IMG/VR virus record: IMGVR_UViG_3300021086_000007
Coordinates: 1 to 49,517 of that record
From: a virus
Lineage: Duplodnaviria > Caudoviricetes
Strand: one strand, 5' to 3'
DNA length: 49,517 nt
Shown: positions 16,628-25,615 of the stretch, piece after piece
Layout of the letters: each line of letters begins with the position of its first letter
Numbering within the stretch: the stretch's first letter is position 1
Made by a program: the position numbers and the translations under genes
Notes under the pieces: generated by a model
What the model was told of the DNA's origin: nothing
Database searches by the model: none
What the model saw: only the letters and a program-made list of their open reading frames with translations

Positions 16628-18625
16628 ATGCAACTTATTCCACCATACCGTAGCGGACAGAAGAGGCCTTGGGGTAGCATCCCTCGCATCAACCGAGGGC
16701 ATCCGCTTGCGGTTGGGCTTGTATTCTATGCTTACGATGCCGGCGGTGAAATTCTCGATCTAGTAAACGGTGGCGCGGGAGCGATCATCGCATCCACTAC
16801 CCGGCTGACCAGAACGACATCCAAATACGGCATCGGATTTAATTATCCGGGGACGTCAACCTCGGATTCGATCACACTACCCTTAAGTAACAAGGCCACT
16901 CAAGGCTTTACCAACACCGCGCCTTATTCTGTCGCATCAGGATTCTTTGGTGCTATAGGAACCCCCAACTATTTCACATCCACTGGGACTGCTTCAGTTG
17001 ATGTTGCCGGATTCAATGTAATAACAGGACCTAATCTTTCATTTTTCTGTAACAATGGCGGCACCCAGCTTAACTATGCCGCGTCGCTCACCGCTAATGT
17101 CTATCATACCGGCGTGTTTGTGGCAACTTCAGCCACCGCTGGATTGATGTACTTTGACGGCAAGCTGGATACATCAGTCAGTGCAATAACCACCACCAAC
17201 GCGACCACCGGTCAGCAGGTCAACTTCAACACTGGCACCGCCAATGCCCAGAACTTCGGTGGTGGCCTGAACGGATACATCTACTACTGGGCTGGTTGGA
17301 ATCGCATTCTCACTCCCGGTGAAGCTTCTTTGCTTCACGCCGATCCCTATTGCTTCCTCATCTATCCCGAAGACGAAATCTTTGCGACGCTAGTCGGCAC
17401 TACTGCTGCTGTAGCCGCAGTAACCCTTGGTGGCACCGCCAAATTCTACGCACCAAACCTAGGCCCAGAATTTGGGTTTAAGCCAAATCTAGCTTTTCCA
17501 CCCAGTATCACAGTTCCTATATTTGCAACATCAGCTTTCTTTGATGTGATCAAGCTGAAGCAACCAATAATCACTATTCCTGACATCGTTCCTCGATTCC
17601 CTCCACCAAAGCTTGCAGGGGATATATGGTTCGAACCGATCAAGCTGAAGCGCCCTGTGATAGAAGTGCCACCGGTGCTATTCAATCCTCCTACCGCCGC
17701 TGCTGTCTCGGTTGTTGAACAGCCATTCTTTGAGCCAATCCAACTGAAGCGCCCCAGTGAATTCACCCAAGGCCCATTTGGAGGAACCTCGCCGCCGCTA
17801 TCTGGAACTTTTGCAACCTCCTCCTTCTTTGAGCCTATCAAACTTAAACAACCCATCATCGATCAACCTCCAGTATTCCCACCGATCGTAACGGTTGCTT
17901 TAGCTATTGTTGAGCAACCCTTCTTCGACATCATTCGATCGAAGCAACCAATAATTACCGTCCCCGACAACCTCCCCTCGGTGAGAACATTGCCATTTGG
18001 ATCATTAATAAACTGGTTCGATCCCAACCGCCTACTTAAAGTACCCGAGCGCCTATCCGATGTTTTCTTTTCGCCACCATTCCCTTCTATCAAATCCCTA
18101 TCCTCATGGTTTGATTCTTTAAAGAAAACCCCTCTGCGAGAAGCTTTTGACTGGACCGCCACCGGAGCCATTCAACTAAACACTGTCCGCTACGCCATCT
18201 CTGATTGGTATCCCTTCGTTAAACCCATCGGCTATCGGGCCTTGCCATCTATAGAAACGCCGCAACTTTTCTTCTTCCCCGCTGTCACTCCTACTATAGC
18301 AGCTACCTATCGTCTTCTAGTTGACCACTACATCCTCAACACCTATCTCTTAGCTAACACAACCGTCACTGAAGGGATAGAAGTCCCATTGGGTTGGGTT
18401 CCGACAATCGCAGCTGAACCGCTCAATACCACCGCTATCCAGAACTATTGGAACGCCGGGCCATCAGGTGTAAGCTCGGCCCAATATGGTATTGATTACT
18501 TTAGCGCTCCATTCTTCTTAGGGCCTCCAACCAGAGTTGGGGTCTTTTGGCAACAAATCGCAGGTAGTGCGGGTAGATTTCAACTCACCGGTGCGGGTGC
18601 AAGTTTAGGGATTAAACAAATATGA
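16628..18625 (+). CDS. LamG/ConA-like lectin-domain protein with Pro/Phe-rich repeats and a C-terminal anchor-like domain (head or tail fibre)
   Basis: HPLAVGLV...YHTGVFV...MYFDGKL...LNGYI....WNRILTPGE...L..DPY is LamG-like. Followed by about 7 (F/W)F(D/E)xIxLKxP repeats. Confidence 0.75.
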   Translation: MQLIPPYRSGQKRPWGSIPRINRGHPLAVGLVFYAYDAGGEILDLVNGGAGAIIASTTRLTRTTSKYGIGFNYPGTSTSDSITLPLSNKATQGFTNTAPYSVASGFFGAIGTPNYFTSTGTASVDVAGFNVITGPNLSFFCNNGGTQLNYAASLTANVYHTGVFVATSATAGLMYFDGKLDTSVSAITTTNATTGQQVNFNTGTANAQNFGGGLNGYIYYWAGWNRILTPGEASLLHADPYCFLIYPEDEIFATLVGTTAAVAAVTLGGTAKFYAPNLGPEFGFKPNLAFPPSITVPIFATSAFFDVIKLKQPIITIPDIVPRFPPPKLAGDIWFEPIKLKRPVIEVPPVLFNPPTAAAVSVVEQPFFEPIQLKRPSEFTQGPFGGTSPPLSGTFATSSFFEPIKLKQPIIDQPPVFPPIVTVALAIVEQPFFDIIRSKQPIITVPDNLPSVRTLPFGSLINWFDPNRLLKVPERLSDVFFSPPFPSIKSLSSWFDSLKKTPLREAFDWTATGAIQLNTVRYAISDWYPFVKPIGYRALPSIETPQLFFFPAVTPTIAATYRLLVDHYILNTYLLANTTVTEGIEVPLGWVPTIAAEPLNTTAIQNYWNAGPSGVSSAQYGIDYFSAPFFLGPPTRVGVFWQQIAGSAGRFQLTGAGASLGIKQI

Positions 18626-18638
18626 ATGGAGATAATCT

Positions 18639-19064
18639 ATGGGCTCTCAGATAGACCTAGATCAGGGTGGTACCTTTCGACAATACGAACGATACTGGAT
18701 GGGCCCTTCTGTTGGCTGGGTGACCCAACCTCAACAGGCCGTCCTTCCAATCACTGCTGGTGGAGCCGTTACCATTGCTCGTGGGACCAATCTTATCACG
18801 GTGAACTTCAATGGCTCCGTCACTCTAAATCTCCCTTCGGCAAAAGCCTCACCTCAATCTCCTCAAGCAATCCCCGGGCAATGGGTCTTAGTCCCTGTGA
18901 CAGTGGTCGACATTGGAGGCTTTGCAGGGGCTTCGCCGGTTACCATCAACCCTTTCGGCGCAGAGCTAATCTCAGGCCTCGCCCAGGTCCAACTCGCCTC
19001 CTCCTACGGCTCTATAATCCTCAAACCAATCCTCGAAACAGGTGGATGGACCTTACTGCAATGA
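18639..19064 (+). CDS. Putative tail-fibre-associated beta protein
   Basis: VTLNLPSA...VTVVDIGG.A...VTINP.GAELI.G.......YGS..L.P...GW resembles phage fibre modules. GGAG RBS. Confidence 0.7.
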   Translation: MGSQIDLDQGGTFRQYERYWMGPSVGWVTQPQQAVLPITAGGAVTIARGTNLITVNFNGSVTLNLPSAKASPQSPQAIPGQWVLVPVTVVDIGGFAGASPVTINPFGAELISGLAQVQLASSYGSIILKPILETGGWTLLQ

Positions 19065-20134
19065 AAAAGCTCTTCCTCATTCTAGCCCTGTTTCTCATCC
19101 CCTCCGGGGCCTTTGGTCAATGCAATGGTGTCTTTGCCAATGGTACTGTTTGTGGCAACAACACCGGGGCAAGCAATACCCCTAGAGCAGTGTCTCCCGC
19201 TTCTCTGTTGGGCGCAGCCGGTGGTACCAACGGCCAAGTCCAAGTCAATAGTGCTGGTACCCTAGCAGGTCTGACCAACACTCAACTCACTGCCGATATA
19301 AATACCTTCACTTCCAGTCTATCCGGTGCAGCCCCTGCTTCTGGGGGAGGCACTGTTAACTTCCTTCGTGCTGATGATACTTGGGTTACTACTGTTGTAT
19401 CTATTACTTGTTCATCTAACCTACTATGCACCGCAGCAAACCCAATCACCTCCTCTGGCACTATTGATCTCTCAGCCAATCGCAAGACCTTAGTCTCTGG
19501 CTGTGCTATCAATGCTACAGCAACCGCTACTTGTGCTGATGGTTCTGCTGGTGCTAACAATGGAACCTATACCACTCCCGCTGGGGCATTGTGGCTTGAG
19601 GTGGAATTAATCGGTGGAGGTGGTGGTGGGGCCGGCTCAGGTACCTCTCCCGGCGCTGTAGGCTCTGCTAGTGCTACAACATTCGGCACTGCGCTTCTTA
19701 ACGGCACTGGAGGTGGTGCAGCCAATGGTGCAACCGCTGGTGTTGGAGGCATCCCTACCGGTGCGGCGGCGTTCGTACTAAAAACAGGAGGTGTTGGTGG
19801 TGGTGGTTCGGGTGCGGCCAATTCTCCAGGTGGTTCTGGTTGTGTTAGTCCCTATGGAGGCGGTGGCCAGTTTGGACAGATTGGTACCGGCGCCGGTGGA
19901 CCTGCAACGGCTAATACCGGCTCTGGAGGTGGTGGTGGGGGTATTACTGCAACTGTAAACAGTGGTGGTGGTGGTGGCTGTGGTGGGTTCATTCGTGCAA
20001 TCATCCAAAACCCAAATGCAACCTACACTTATGCAATTGGCGCTGGTGGTACAGGAGGCACAGCAGGCACTAGTGGAGCCGCTGGTGGCAATGGAGGCTC
20101 TGGTTACATCCAAATCATCCCCCGTTTTAATTGA
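19061..20134 (+). CDS. Glycine-rich tail fibre/receptor-binding-like protein with an N-terminal signal peptide (357 aa)
   Basis: True start at ATG 19061 (ATGA overlap): MKKLFLILALFLIPSGAFG/QC. Fibre motifs GGTNGQVQVN and FLRADDTW, then a Gly-rich domain (GTYTTPAGA..LEVELIGGGGGG...GGSGYI.I). Confidence 0.75.
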   Translation: MKKLFLILALFLIPSGAFGQCNGVFANGTVCGNNTGASNTPRAVSPASLLGAAGGTNGQVQVNSAGTLAGLTNTQLTADINTFTSSLSGAAPASGGGTVNFLRADDTWVTTVVSITCSSNLLCTAANPITSSGTIDLSANRKTLVSGCAINATATATCADGSAGANNGTYTTPAGALWLEVELIGGGGGGAGSGTSPGAVGSASATTFGTALLNGTGGGAANGATAGVGGIPTGAAAFVLKTGGVGGGGSGAANSPGGSGCVSPYGGGGQFGQIGTGAGGPATANTGSGGGGGGITATVNSGGGGGCGGFIRAIIQNPNATYTYAIGAGGTGGTAGTSGAAGGNGGSGYIQIIPRFN

Positions 20135-20145
20135 AAGGAAAATAA

Positions 20146-20226
20146 ATGCTTTGGATTCCTCTCTTATTCTTTGCGTTTTTTCGTAGGCCAGAATCTCAAT
20201 GTGACCCGTTAGATTGGTGGATATAG
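20146..20226 (+). CDS. Hydrophobic micropeptide (26 aa)
   Basis: MLWIPLLFFAFFRRPESQCDPLDWWI with GAAAGGA RBS. It fills the gap exactly and abuts the next ATG. Confidence 0.45.
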   Translation: MLWIPLLFFAFFRRPESQCDPLDWWI

Positions 20227-20610
20227 ATGCCCGAACCAGAACACTCCTCTGAGGTCTACCTAGAACGTATCTCAAAGGACATGAAATTGGTCCGCGAGAT
20301 GCTCACCACCGTCGTCACCTATATGCGCGATGCTGAATCCGAATGCTCCGAGAAGATGCGCCGGTTCATTATGTACATGCATGACGTTCACGACATCGCC
20401 CATCTTTATGAAGAGCGCGGCCTTCCAGTCCCGCGCCATGTCATGGCCGAGCTAGAACGTTGCGACGACCGCTACCGCCAACTCCTCGAAGAGGCCCACA
20501 CCGATGGCGGGACGTTCGAAAAGGTCCGCCGGGATATGTCACAAGACCCAGCCAATCGCTGGGACCATACGAGGCAACTAAGCAAACCAAAGGAGAATGG
20601 ATCGTTATGA
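20227..20610 (+). CDS. Hypothetical helical protein
   Basis: 127-aa ORF with phage-typical codon usage. Confidence 0.75.
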   Translation: MPEPEHSSEVYLERISKDMKLVREMLTTVVTYMRDAESECSEKMRRFIMYMHDVHDIAHLYEERGLPVPRHVMAELERCDDRYRQLLEEAHTDGGTFEKVRRDMSQDPANRWDHTRQLSKPKENGSL

Positions 20611-20837
20611 AACAAGGCAAAGCAAGTGTGTCAGGCTCTTACGCCAACAAGGTCGAGCCAAAGCCCAAGATAGTAAACCCCGGAGCCGTATCCTACCTCG
20701 GCGAGAAGGTTGGCAACCACTCCACCGACACCGGAGACTTCACCTTCCAGGCCACCCCGTGGTCAGGAGGTCGGGGATATATGGCACCCTCGATTGGAAC
20801 GAAACGCCATAAGAACGGCTCACAAGGAGAACACTGA
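20607..20837 (+). CDS. Small Gly-rich hypothetical protein ending GSQGEH
   Basis: ATGA-coupled start MKQGKASVSG. Confidence 0.65.
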   Translation: MKQGKASVSGSYANKVEPKPKIVNPGAVSYLGEKVGNHSTDTGDFTFQATPWSGGRGYMAPSIGTKRHKNGSQGEH

Positions 20838-20998
20838 TGGATACGAATGAAGTCTACATGTTGTTCAAAGTTATCGAAGGTGCCTTGGCTCATGGCACTG
20901 CGTTTCCCAACATCCGCGATGCAGCTGCGGCTCGATTAAAGGAGATCGAGGAAGAGCTAAAGCCCCAGCCTACACCCGTTGAAGAAGGAGAAGCCTAA
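20837..20998 (+). CDS. Small hypothetical protein (53 aa)
   Basis: MDTNEVYMLFKVIEGALAHG..., AAGGAG RBS, coupled at both ends. Not in the ORF track. Confidence 0.65.
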   Translation: MDTNEVYMLFKVIEGALAHGTAFPNIRDAAAARLKEIEEELKPQPTPVEEGEA

Positions 20999-21273
20999 TG
21001 GCCAGTGACATCCTCGGGGGCTTCGGCCCTAACTCCCGCCAACCCCAAGCTTCGGGAGTGTCTTGTGGTGGCGTTCTCCCCGGCGACACCAAAGACGTCC
21101 GCAACTACCAACCTCCACAAGGTCCAAAGAATATCATGGACCCGAAGTCCCCTGGCCTTCATGGCACCAACCATGGCATCGAGAACGGTCCTGATATGGG
21201 CGGTTCGCACTCCGGCTCCCCCGGCATTGGTGGAACCAACCACGGCTGCTGTGGTAGCCAGGGACGGTATTAA
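20998..21273 (+). CDS. Small Gly/Pro-rich protein with duplicated SPGxxGTNHG, ending GSQGRY
   Basis: AAGGAG RBS and an internal repeat. Confidence 0.7.
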   Translation: MASDILGGFGPNSRQPQASGVSCGGVLPGDTKDVRNYQPPQGPKNIMDPKSPGLHGTNHGIENGPDMGGSHSGSPGIGGTNHGCCGSQGRY

Positions 21274-22368
21274 ATGACCGCACAGGTCGACATGGTCAAC
21301 CGTGCCCTTCAGACCTTTGGATCGCGGACCACCACTACCGCCACACAATTGTTGAACAACTCCTCTAACGAAGCCATTCAGTTCAACATCATCTACATCC
21401 CATTCCGCCGCCGCCTGCTCAGGATGGCACCATGGGCCTGTGCGTTCAATACCGCTAACCTCAACTTCATCACTTCCGTTCCTGGAACTCCAGAGAACAC
21501 ATCCCCTGCAACGCAACTCTGGGTGAAGGGCCAACCGGCCCCACCTTGGGCCTACGAATACCAATACCCTGTCGACTGCCTGCGAATGTGTTGGGTCACA
21601 CCCCAAACCGCAACAGGCTTTGCCACAGGCATTCCCATCACTACAGCTGTGACTGGAGGCTCCCCTTCTTTCTGGCAAGGCCCCCCAGTCAAATACACTA
21701 TCGGTGTGGACCAATTCTTTGGTGTCCTATCTGCAGCCGTCGTAGCAGGAGGCACAGGCTATGCCATCGGAGACACTATCACTCTACCTCAAGCACCCCA
21801 GGGAACCACTCCTGTTGGAGCCCCAGTGGTTCTTCAAGTCCTTACTCTCGGCGGTGGTGGTGCTATTGCTACTGTTAGCGTTGTTAATGTCCTCAAAGGA
21901 TCGGCCATTCCAATTGGCGGCAGCTACTTCACGGTCCAGGCCAACCCAGTGGCACAAAGTTCAACCTCTGGTGTTGGCATCGGTGCGACATTCAATCTTA
22001 CTCAAGCATCTACTGTATCTGATCAACGAGTGATTTTGACAAATCAAGAATTCGCTATCGGCAACTACATCAAAGACATCAACGATGAGAATGTCTTCGA
22101 TGATGACTTTGTTGAGGCCCTCTCCCTGATCGTTGGAGCCCGGCTCTGTATCGCCCTCTCGGGCGATAAATCCCTCGCGAACTCAAAGATCGCTGAAGCT
22201 AACGCTATGGTAATCGAAGCGCGAGGAACCGATGCCAATGAAGGCCTGAAGGTCAATGACGTCACCCCTGACTGGCTCCGGATCCGTGGCATAGACTTTG
22301 TCGAAGACTACTCAGGCCCCTACAACACTGGCTTCAACTGGGGAGCCATCTGGCCCGGGTTCTCATGA
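21274..22368 (+). CDS. Tail tubular protein A / adaptor with an inserted beta domain
   Basis: N.AL..G...LLR.APW..A...WAYEYQYPVDCLR...FD..FVEAL....A.L...L.G...AR..DA.E, with a GGTGYAIGDTITL insert. Confidence 0.85.
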   Translation: MTAQVDMVNRALQTFGSRTTTTATQLLNNSSNEAIQFNIIYIPFRRRLLRMAPWACAFNTANLNFITSVPGTPENTSPATQLWVKGQPAPPWAYEYQYPVDCLRMCWVTPQTATGFATGIPITTAVTGGSPSFWQGPPVKYTIGVDQFFGVLSAAVVAGGTGYAIGDTITLPQAPQGTTPVGAPVVLQVLTLGGGGAIATVSVVNVLKGSAIPIGGSYFTVQANPVAQSSTSGVGIGATFNLTQASTVSDQRVILTNQEFAIGNYIKDINDENVFDDDFVEALSLIVGARLCIALSGDKSLANSKIAEANAMVIEARGTDANEGLKVNDVTPDWLRIRGIDFVEDYSGPYNTGFNWGAIWPGFS

Positions 22369-25202
22369 GTGATAACATAATCCAAACCTCCTTCAACTCT
22401 GGTGAGTGGTCCCCTTCACTCTACGCTCAGGTCAACCTGAAGCAATACCACTCAGGCGCAGCGCTCTTGCGCAACTTCTTCGTTGATACTCGAGGCGGCG
22501 CCACAACCCGGCCAGGTACTCGATATGTCTCAACGTGCAAATCCGATGATACCGTTCGCATCATTCCATTTCAAGCCTCATTCACTGTCTCCTACTTACT
22601 AGAATTTGGTAGCAGCTATGTTAGGTTCTATAATAATGGGGCACCGATTCTAGAAGCCGGTAAGACTATAACCGCTATAACCCAGGCCAACCCCGGCGTT
22701 ATAACCTCCACCGCCCATGGCTACTCTAATGGTGATTGGATCACTATCTCTGGTGTAGTTGGAATGGTCTTACTTAACGGTAACACCTTTATCATCGCAG
22801 GTGTAACTGCCAACACATACACCCTCACCGATTTATTCGGTAACGTCATCAACACTACTTCCTATGGTACCTACATCTCCGGTGGAATCGCACAACGAGT
22901 CTACACTATTGTCTCCCCTTATCTTGCTGGTGATGTCTTTGGCATTCGTTACACTCAAAATGTAAATCAACTCTACCTTTGCCACCCAAACTATCCACCT
23001 TATGTCTTGTCTCTTATCAGTGCTACTAGTTGGACTTTGGCCCCAATCACTTTCGGCACGTCCCTTGTAGCCCCAACAGGACAATCCGTTGCTACAACCC
23101 TTGCGGGTGGTACAGCCAATTACGCTTATGTAATAACCGCCGTTGATGTTAATGGTCAAGAATCTGCACCTTCAAACTTTGCCACACTCACTTCTATTCA
23201 AGATATCCGCAGCGTTGCAGGAACCAACACTGTTACTTGGTCTACTGTTACCGGTGCGGCCAGCTATAATATCTATCGAGCCGTTCCACGTTATGGTAGT
23301 GCTGTGCCCGCTGGGGCTATCTTTGGCTTTTGTGGAAACACTACAGGCACGGTTTTTATTGACTCAAACGTTAATGTGGATTTTAGCTCTGGCCCACCGA
23401 TTGTCGAAAACCCTTTCAATGGTTCTGGCGTTGCCACAATTCAAGTAAACACTTCTGGATCTCCCTTCACCGGTAATGTTCCTTCAGTCTCTCTTACTGG
23501 TGGTGGTGGGTCTGGCGCTACTGCTTTAGCATTCTACTCTCTTCTAACCGCTAGTGTTGTAAATGGCGGTTTTCAGTATGCCGTGGGTGATACTGCAACA
23601 TTCTATGGTGGTACTCGTGTAACGGTTCAAACAGTTGGTGGTGGGGGTAATATACTAACCATTGCTATATCCATTCCCGGCTCACTAGTTACCGGTACTT
23701 CTGTAGCTAGTATCAATGGTATTAGTGGAACACAGGTTTCTGCCAATGGTACTAGTGCAACATTTAATATTGCTTATGGCCTTACCTCTGTAGGTATCAC
23801 TTCCCCTGGCACAGGCTATTCCACGCCGCCAGCCGTAGCCTTCTCTTCGGGTACAGCTACGGCTACAGCCACACTCGGAGCCCCTTCCGCAGGAAACCCA
23901 ACTGTTCCAGCCTTAGCTAATCAACGTCTTATCCTTGCTGGTCCTGTGGGATCGCCCAGTCAACTTAACGCTTCGCAACCGGGCTCTCCCTTTAACTTCA
24001 ACATCAGTTCTCCTTTAGTCCCTGATGATGCCATCCAAGAAACCCTTGTGGCAGGACAGCTAAATACAATTCAAGCTATGATTCCAATGCCAGCGGGCCT
24101 GATTGTTTTTGGTGACCGCCTTGCTTGGCTCGTCAATGGAGGTAGCCCCGGCTCGCCTTTCAACGCCACTTCACTTGTCGCAAACCCGCAAGCTTACAAT
24201 GGCTCCTCTACACTTTCCCCAATTGTCGCGACCTCTGACATTCTCTATGTTCAAGCCAAGCAATCAATCGTCCGTAACCTTGTCTACAACTTCTACACCA
24301 ATGTTTATACCGGTACTGATATTTCAGTTATATCAAACCATCTCTTCTATGGCTTCTCCATTAACCAATGGGCGTGGGCTGAAGAGCCTTTCAAACTTGC
24401 TTGGGCCGTACGCAATGATGGCCAACTTCTTTGTCTTACCTTCCTGAAAGACTTGGAAATAATCTCTTGGACCCACTCCGATACTCAAGGCCTGTTCAAA
24501 AGTGTAGCTTCAATAACTGAGTTTACCTCGACAATTGGCAATGTTGATGCTGTGTATCATGTGGTTCAGCGCCAGATTCAAGGCCAAGTCGTGAACTATA
24601 TCGAACGCTTTATTGAATTGAGCTTCCCTTCAGATTACAAATCCTCCTGGCAAGTCGACGCAGGGATCGGCTACAATGGTGCAGTCGCAACTATCTTTAG
24701 TGGCGCTCAACACCTTGGCGGTGCAGCCATTACCGGCCTCGCCGATGGAGTCGTAATCAACTTCACCATGCCTGTTAATGGCATATTCCAATTTGGCATC
24801 GGCGGTACTGTAGGCTTAACTACTATCCCTTCCGCTTCCATTGTAACTGTAGGCCTTTCCTTCCTTCCGCAGTTGGGAACCCTTCCCTTGGATCTCGGAG
24901 AGCCTACAGTTCAAGGCAAACGGAAGAAGGTCTCTGCCATAACCGTCCGTGTCCGCAATACTCTCGGTTTAACCACAGGACGGAACCTCGACACAGGCGT
25001 AGCGATGCAAGACCTCGTGCTTGGCAACGTTGGAACCATGTCCAATCAAATCGTAACCGGTCTCATAACCGGTGATGCCCGTACCATCGTCGACCCGCAA
25101 TGGGATGTCTTTGGTCAATTCTATATTCAACAACCCAATCCTTACCCTGCATCTATTCTCGGAGTGATCCCTGAAATCGAAGTGGGGGACTCAAACAAAT
25201 GA
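22365..25202 (+). CDS. Tail tubular protein B / nozzle with inserted FCCH-like and GxGY-repeat domains
   Basis: SFNSGEWSP...LRNFFV..RGG...RPGTRYV...IPFQ.S...YLLEFG, HPNYPP, and WAVRNDGQL. ITAITQANPGVIT..AHG..NGD.I.ISGV.GM..LNG insert. Confidence 0.9.
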   Translation: MSDNIIQTSFNSGEWSPSLYAQVNLKQYHSGAALLRNFFVDTRGGATTRPGTRYVSTCKSDDTVRIIPFQASFTVSYLLEFGSSYVRFYNNGAPILEAGKTITAITQANPGVITSTAHGYSNGDWITISGVVGMVLLNGNTFIIAGVTANTYTLTDLFGNVINTTSYGTYISGGIAQRVYTIVSPYLAGDVFGIRYTQNVNQLYLCHPNYPPYVLSLISATSWTLAPITFGTSLVAPTGQSVATTLAGGTANYAYVITAVDVNGQESAPSNFATLTSIQDIRSVAGTNTVTWSTVTGAASYNIYRAVPRYGSAVPAGAIFGFCGNTTGTVFIDSNVNVDFSSGPPIVENPFNGSGVATIQVNTSGSPFTGNVPSVSLTGGGGSGATALAFYSLLTASVVNGGFQYAVGDTATFYGGTRVTVQTVGGGGNILTIAISIPGSLVTGTSVASINGISGTQVSANGTSATFNIAYGLTSVGITSPGTGYSTPPAVAFSSGTATATATLGAPSAGNPTVPALANQRLILAGPVGSPSQLNASQPGSPFNFNISSPLVPDDAIQETLVAGQLNTIQAMIPMPAGLIVFGDRLAWLVNGGSPGSPFNATSLVANPQAYNGSSTLSPIVATSDILYVQAKQSIVRNLVYNFYTNVYTGTDISVISNHLFYGFSINQWAWAEEPFKLAWAVRNDGQLLCLTFLKDLEIISWTHSDTQGLFKSVASITEFTSTIGNVDAVYHVVQRQIQGQVVNYIERFIELSFPSDYKSSWQVDAGIGYNGAVATIFSGAQHLGGAAITGLADGVVINFTMPVNGIFQFGIGGTVGLTTIPSASIVTVGLSFLPQLGTLPLDLGEPTVQGKRKKVSAITVRVRNTLGLTTGRNLDTGVAMQDLVLGNVGTMSNQIVTGLITGDARTIVDPQWDVFGQFYIQQPNPYPASILGVIPEIEVGDSNK

Positions 25203-25615
25203 CCACCATTGTTTCAAAACTAGAAGGACCTTTGTCTGAGATAATCTTGGCTGAGTACGGCAAGATTCTCTCTGATCATGAAATGGAAATCCTCGATCGA
25301 TCACAGCGATTGGGAGAGGTCTGGATTGGCTATGTTGATGGTCACTTCGTTTGCTGTTGGGGCCTCATTCCACCTTCATTCCTTTCCAATCAAGCCTATA
25401 TCTGGATGTGGGCCTCAGGCAAGGTTCCGCATCAATTCCTTTTCGTGCGCCATTCCCAACAGCAAGTGAAGAAGTTCCTCGAACGTTACGATTCGATTGT
25501 AGGTCAATGCAAGCTTGAAAACGGTGCAGCCCAGCGTTGGCTTCATTGGCTTGGTGCTGAGTTCAAGCCTCCTGTGAACGGCTTGCGTCCCTTTGTTATT
25601 AGTAGGAGCACCTAA
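25199..25615 (+). CDS. T7 gp13-like / acetyltransferase-fold virion assembly protein
   Basis: Follows the nozzle gene. WG......AYIW...N.AA.RWL.WLGAEF. Confidence 0.7.
   Translation: MTTIVSKLEGPLSEIILAEYGKILSDHEMEILDRSQRLGEVWIGYVDGHFVCCWGLIPPSFLSNQAYIWMWASGKVPHQFLFVRHSQQQVKKFLERYDSIVGQCKLENGAAQRWLHWLGAEFKPPVNGLRPFVISRST

Noticed and set aside
18626-19060. N-terminal 145 aa of the 502-aa ORF 18626..20134
   Set aside because: It overlaps the better gene 18639..19064 in another frame and reads as shadow sequence. The coupled ATG at 19061 is the likely start.
7699-20134. Diversity-generating retroelement, as expected from BPP-1-like head genes
   Set aside because: No reverse transcriptase, Avd-like gene or TR/VR pair with adenine-specific mismatches was seen.
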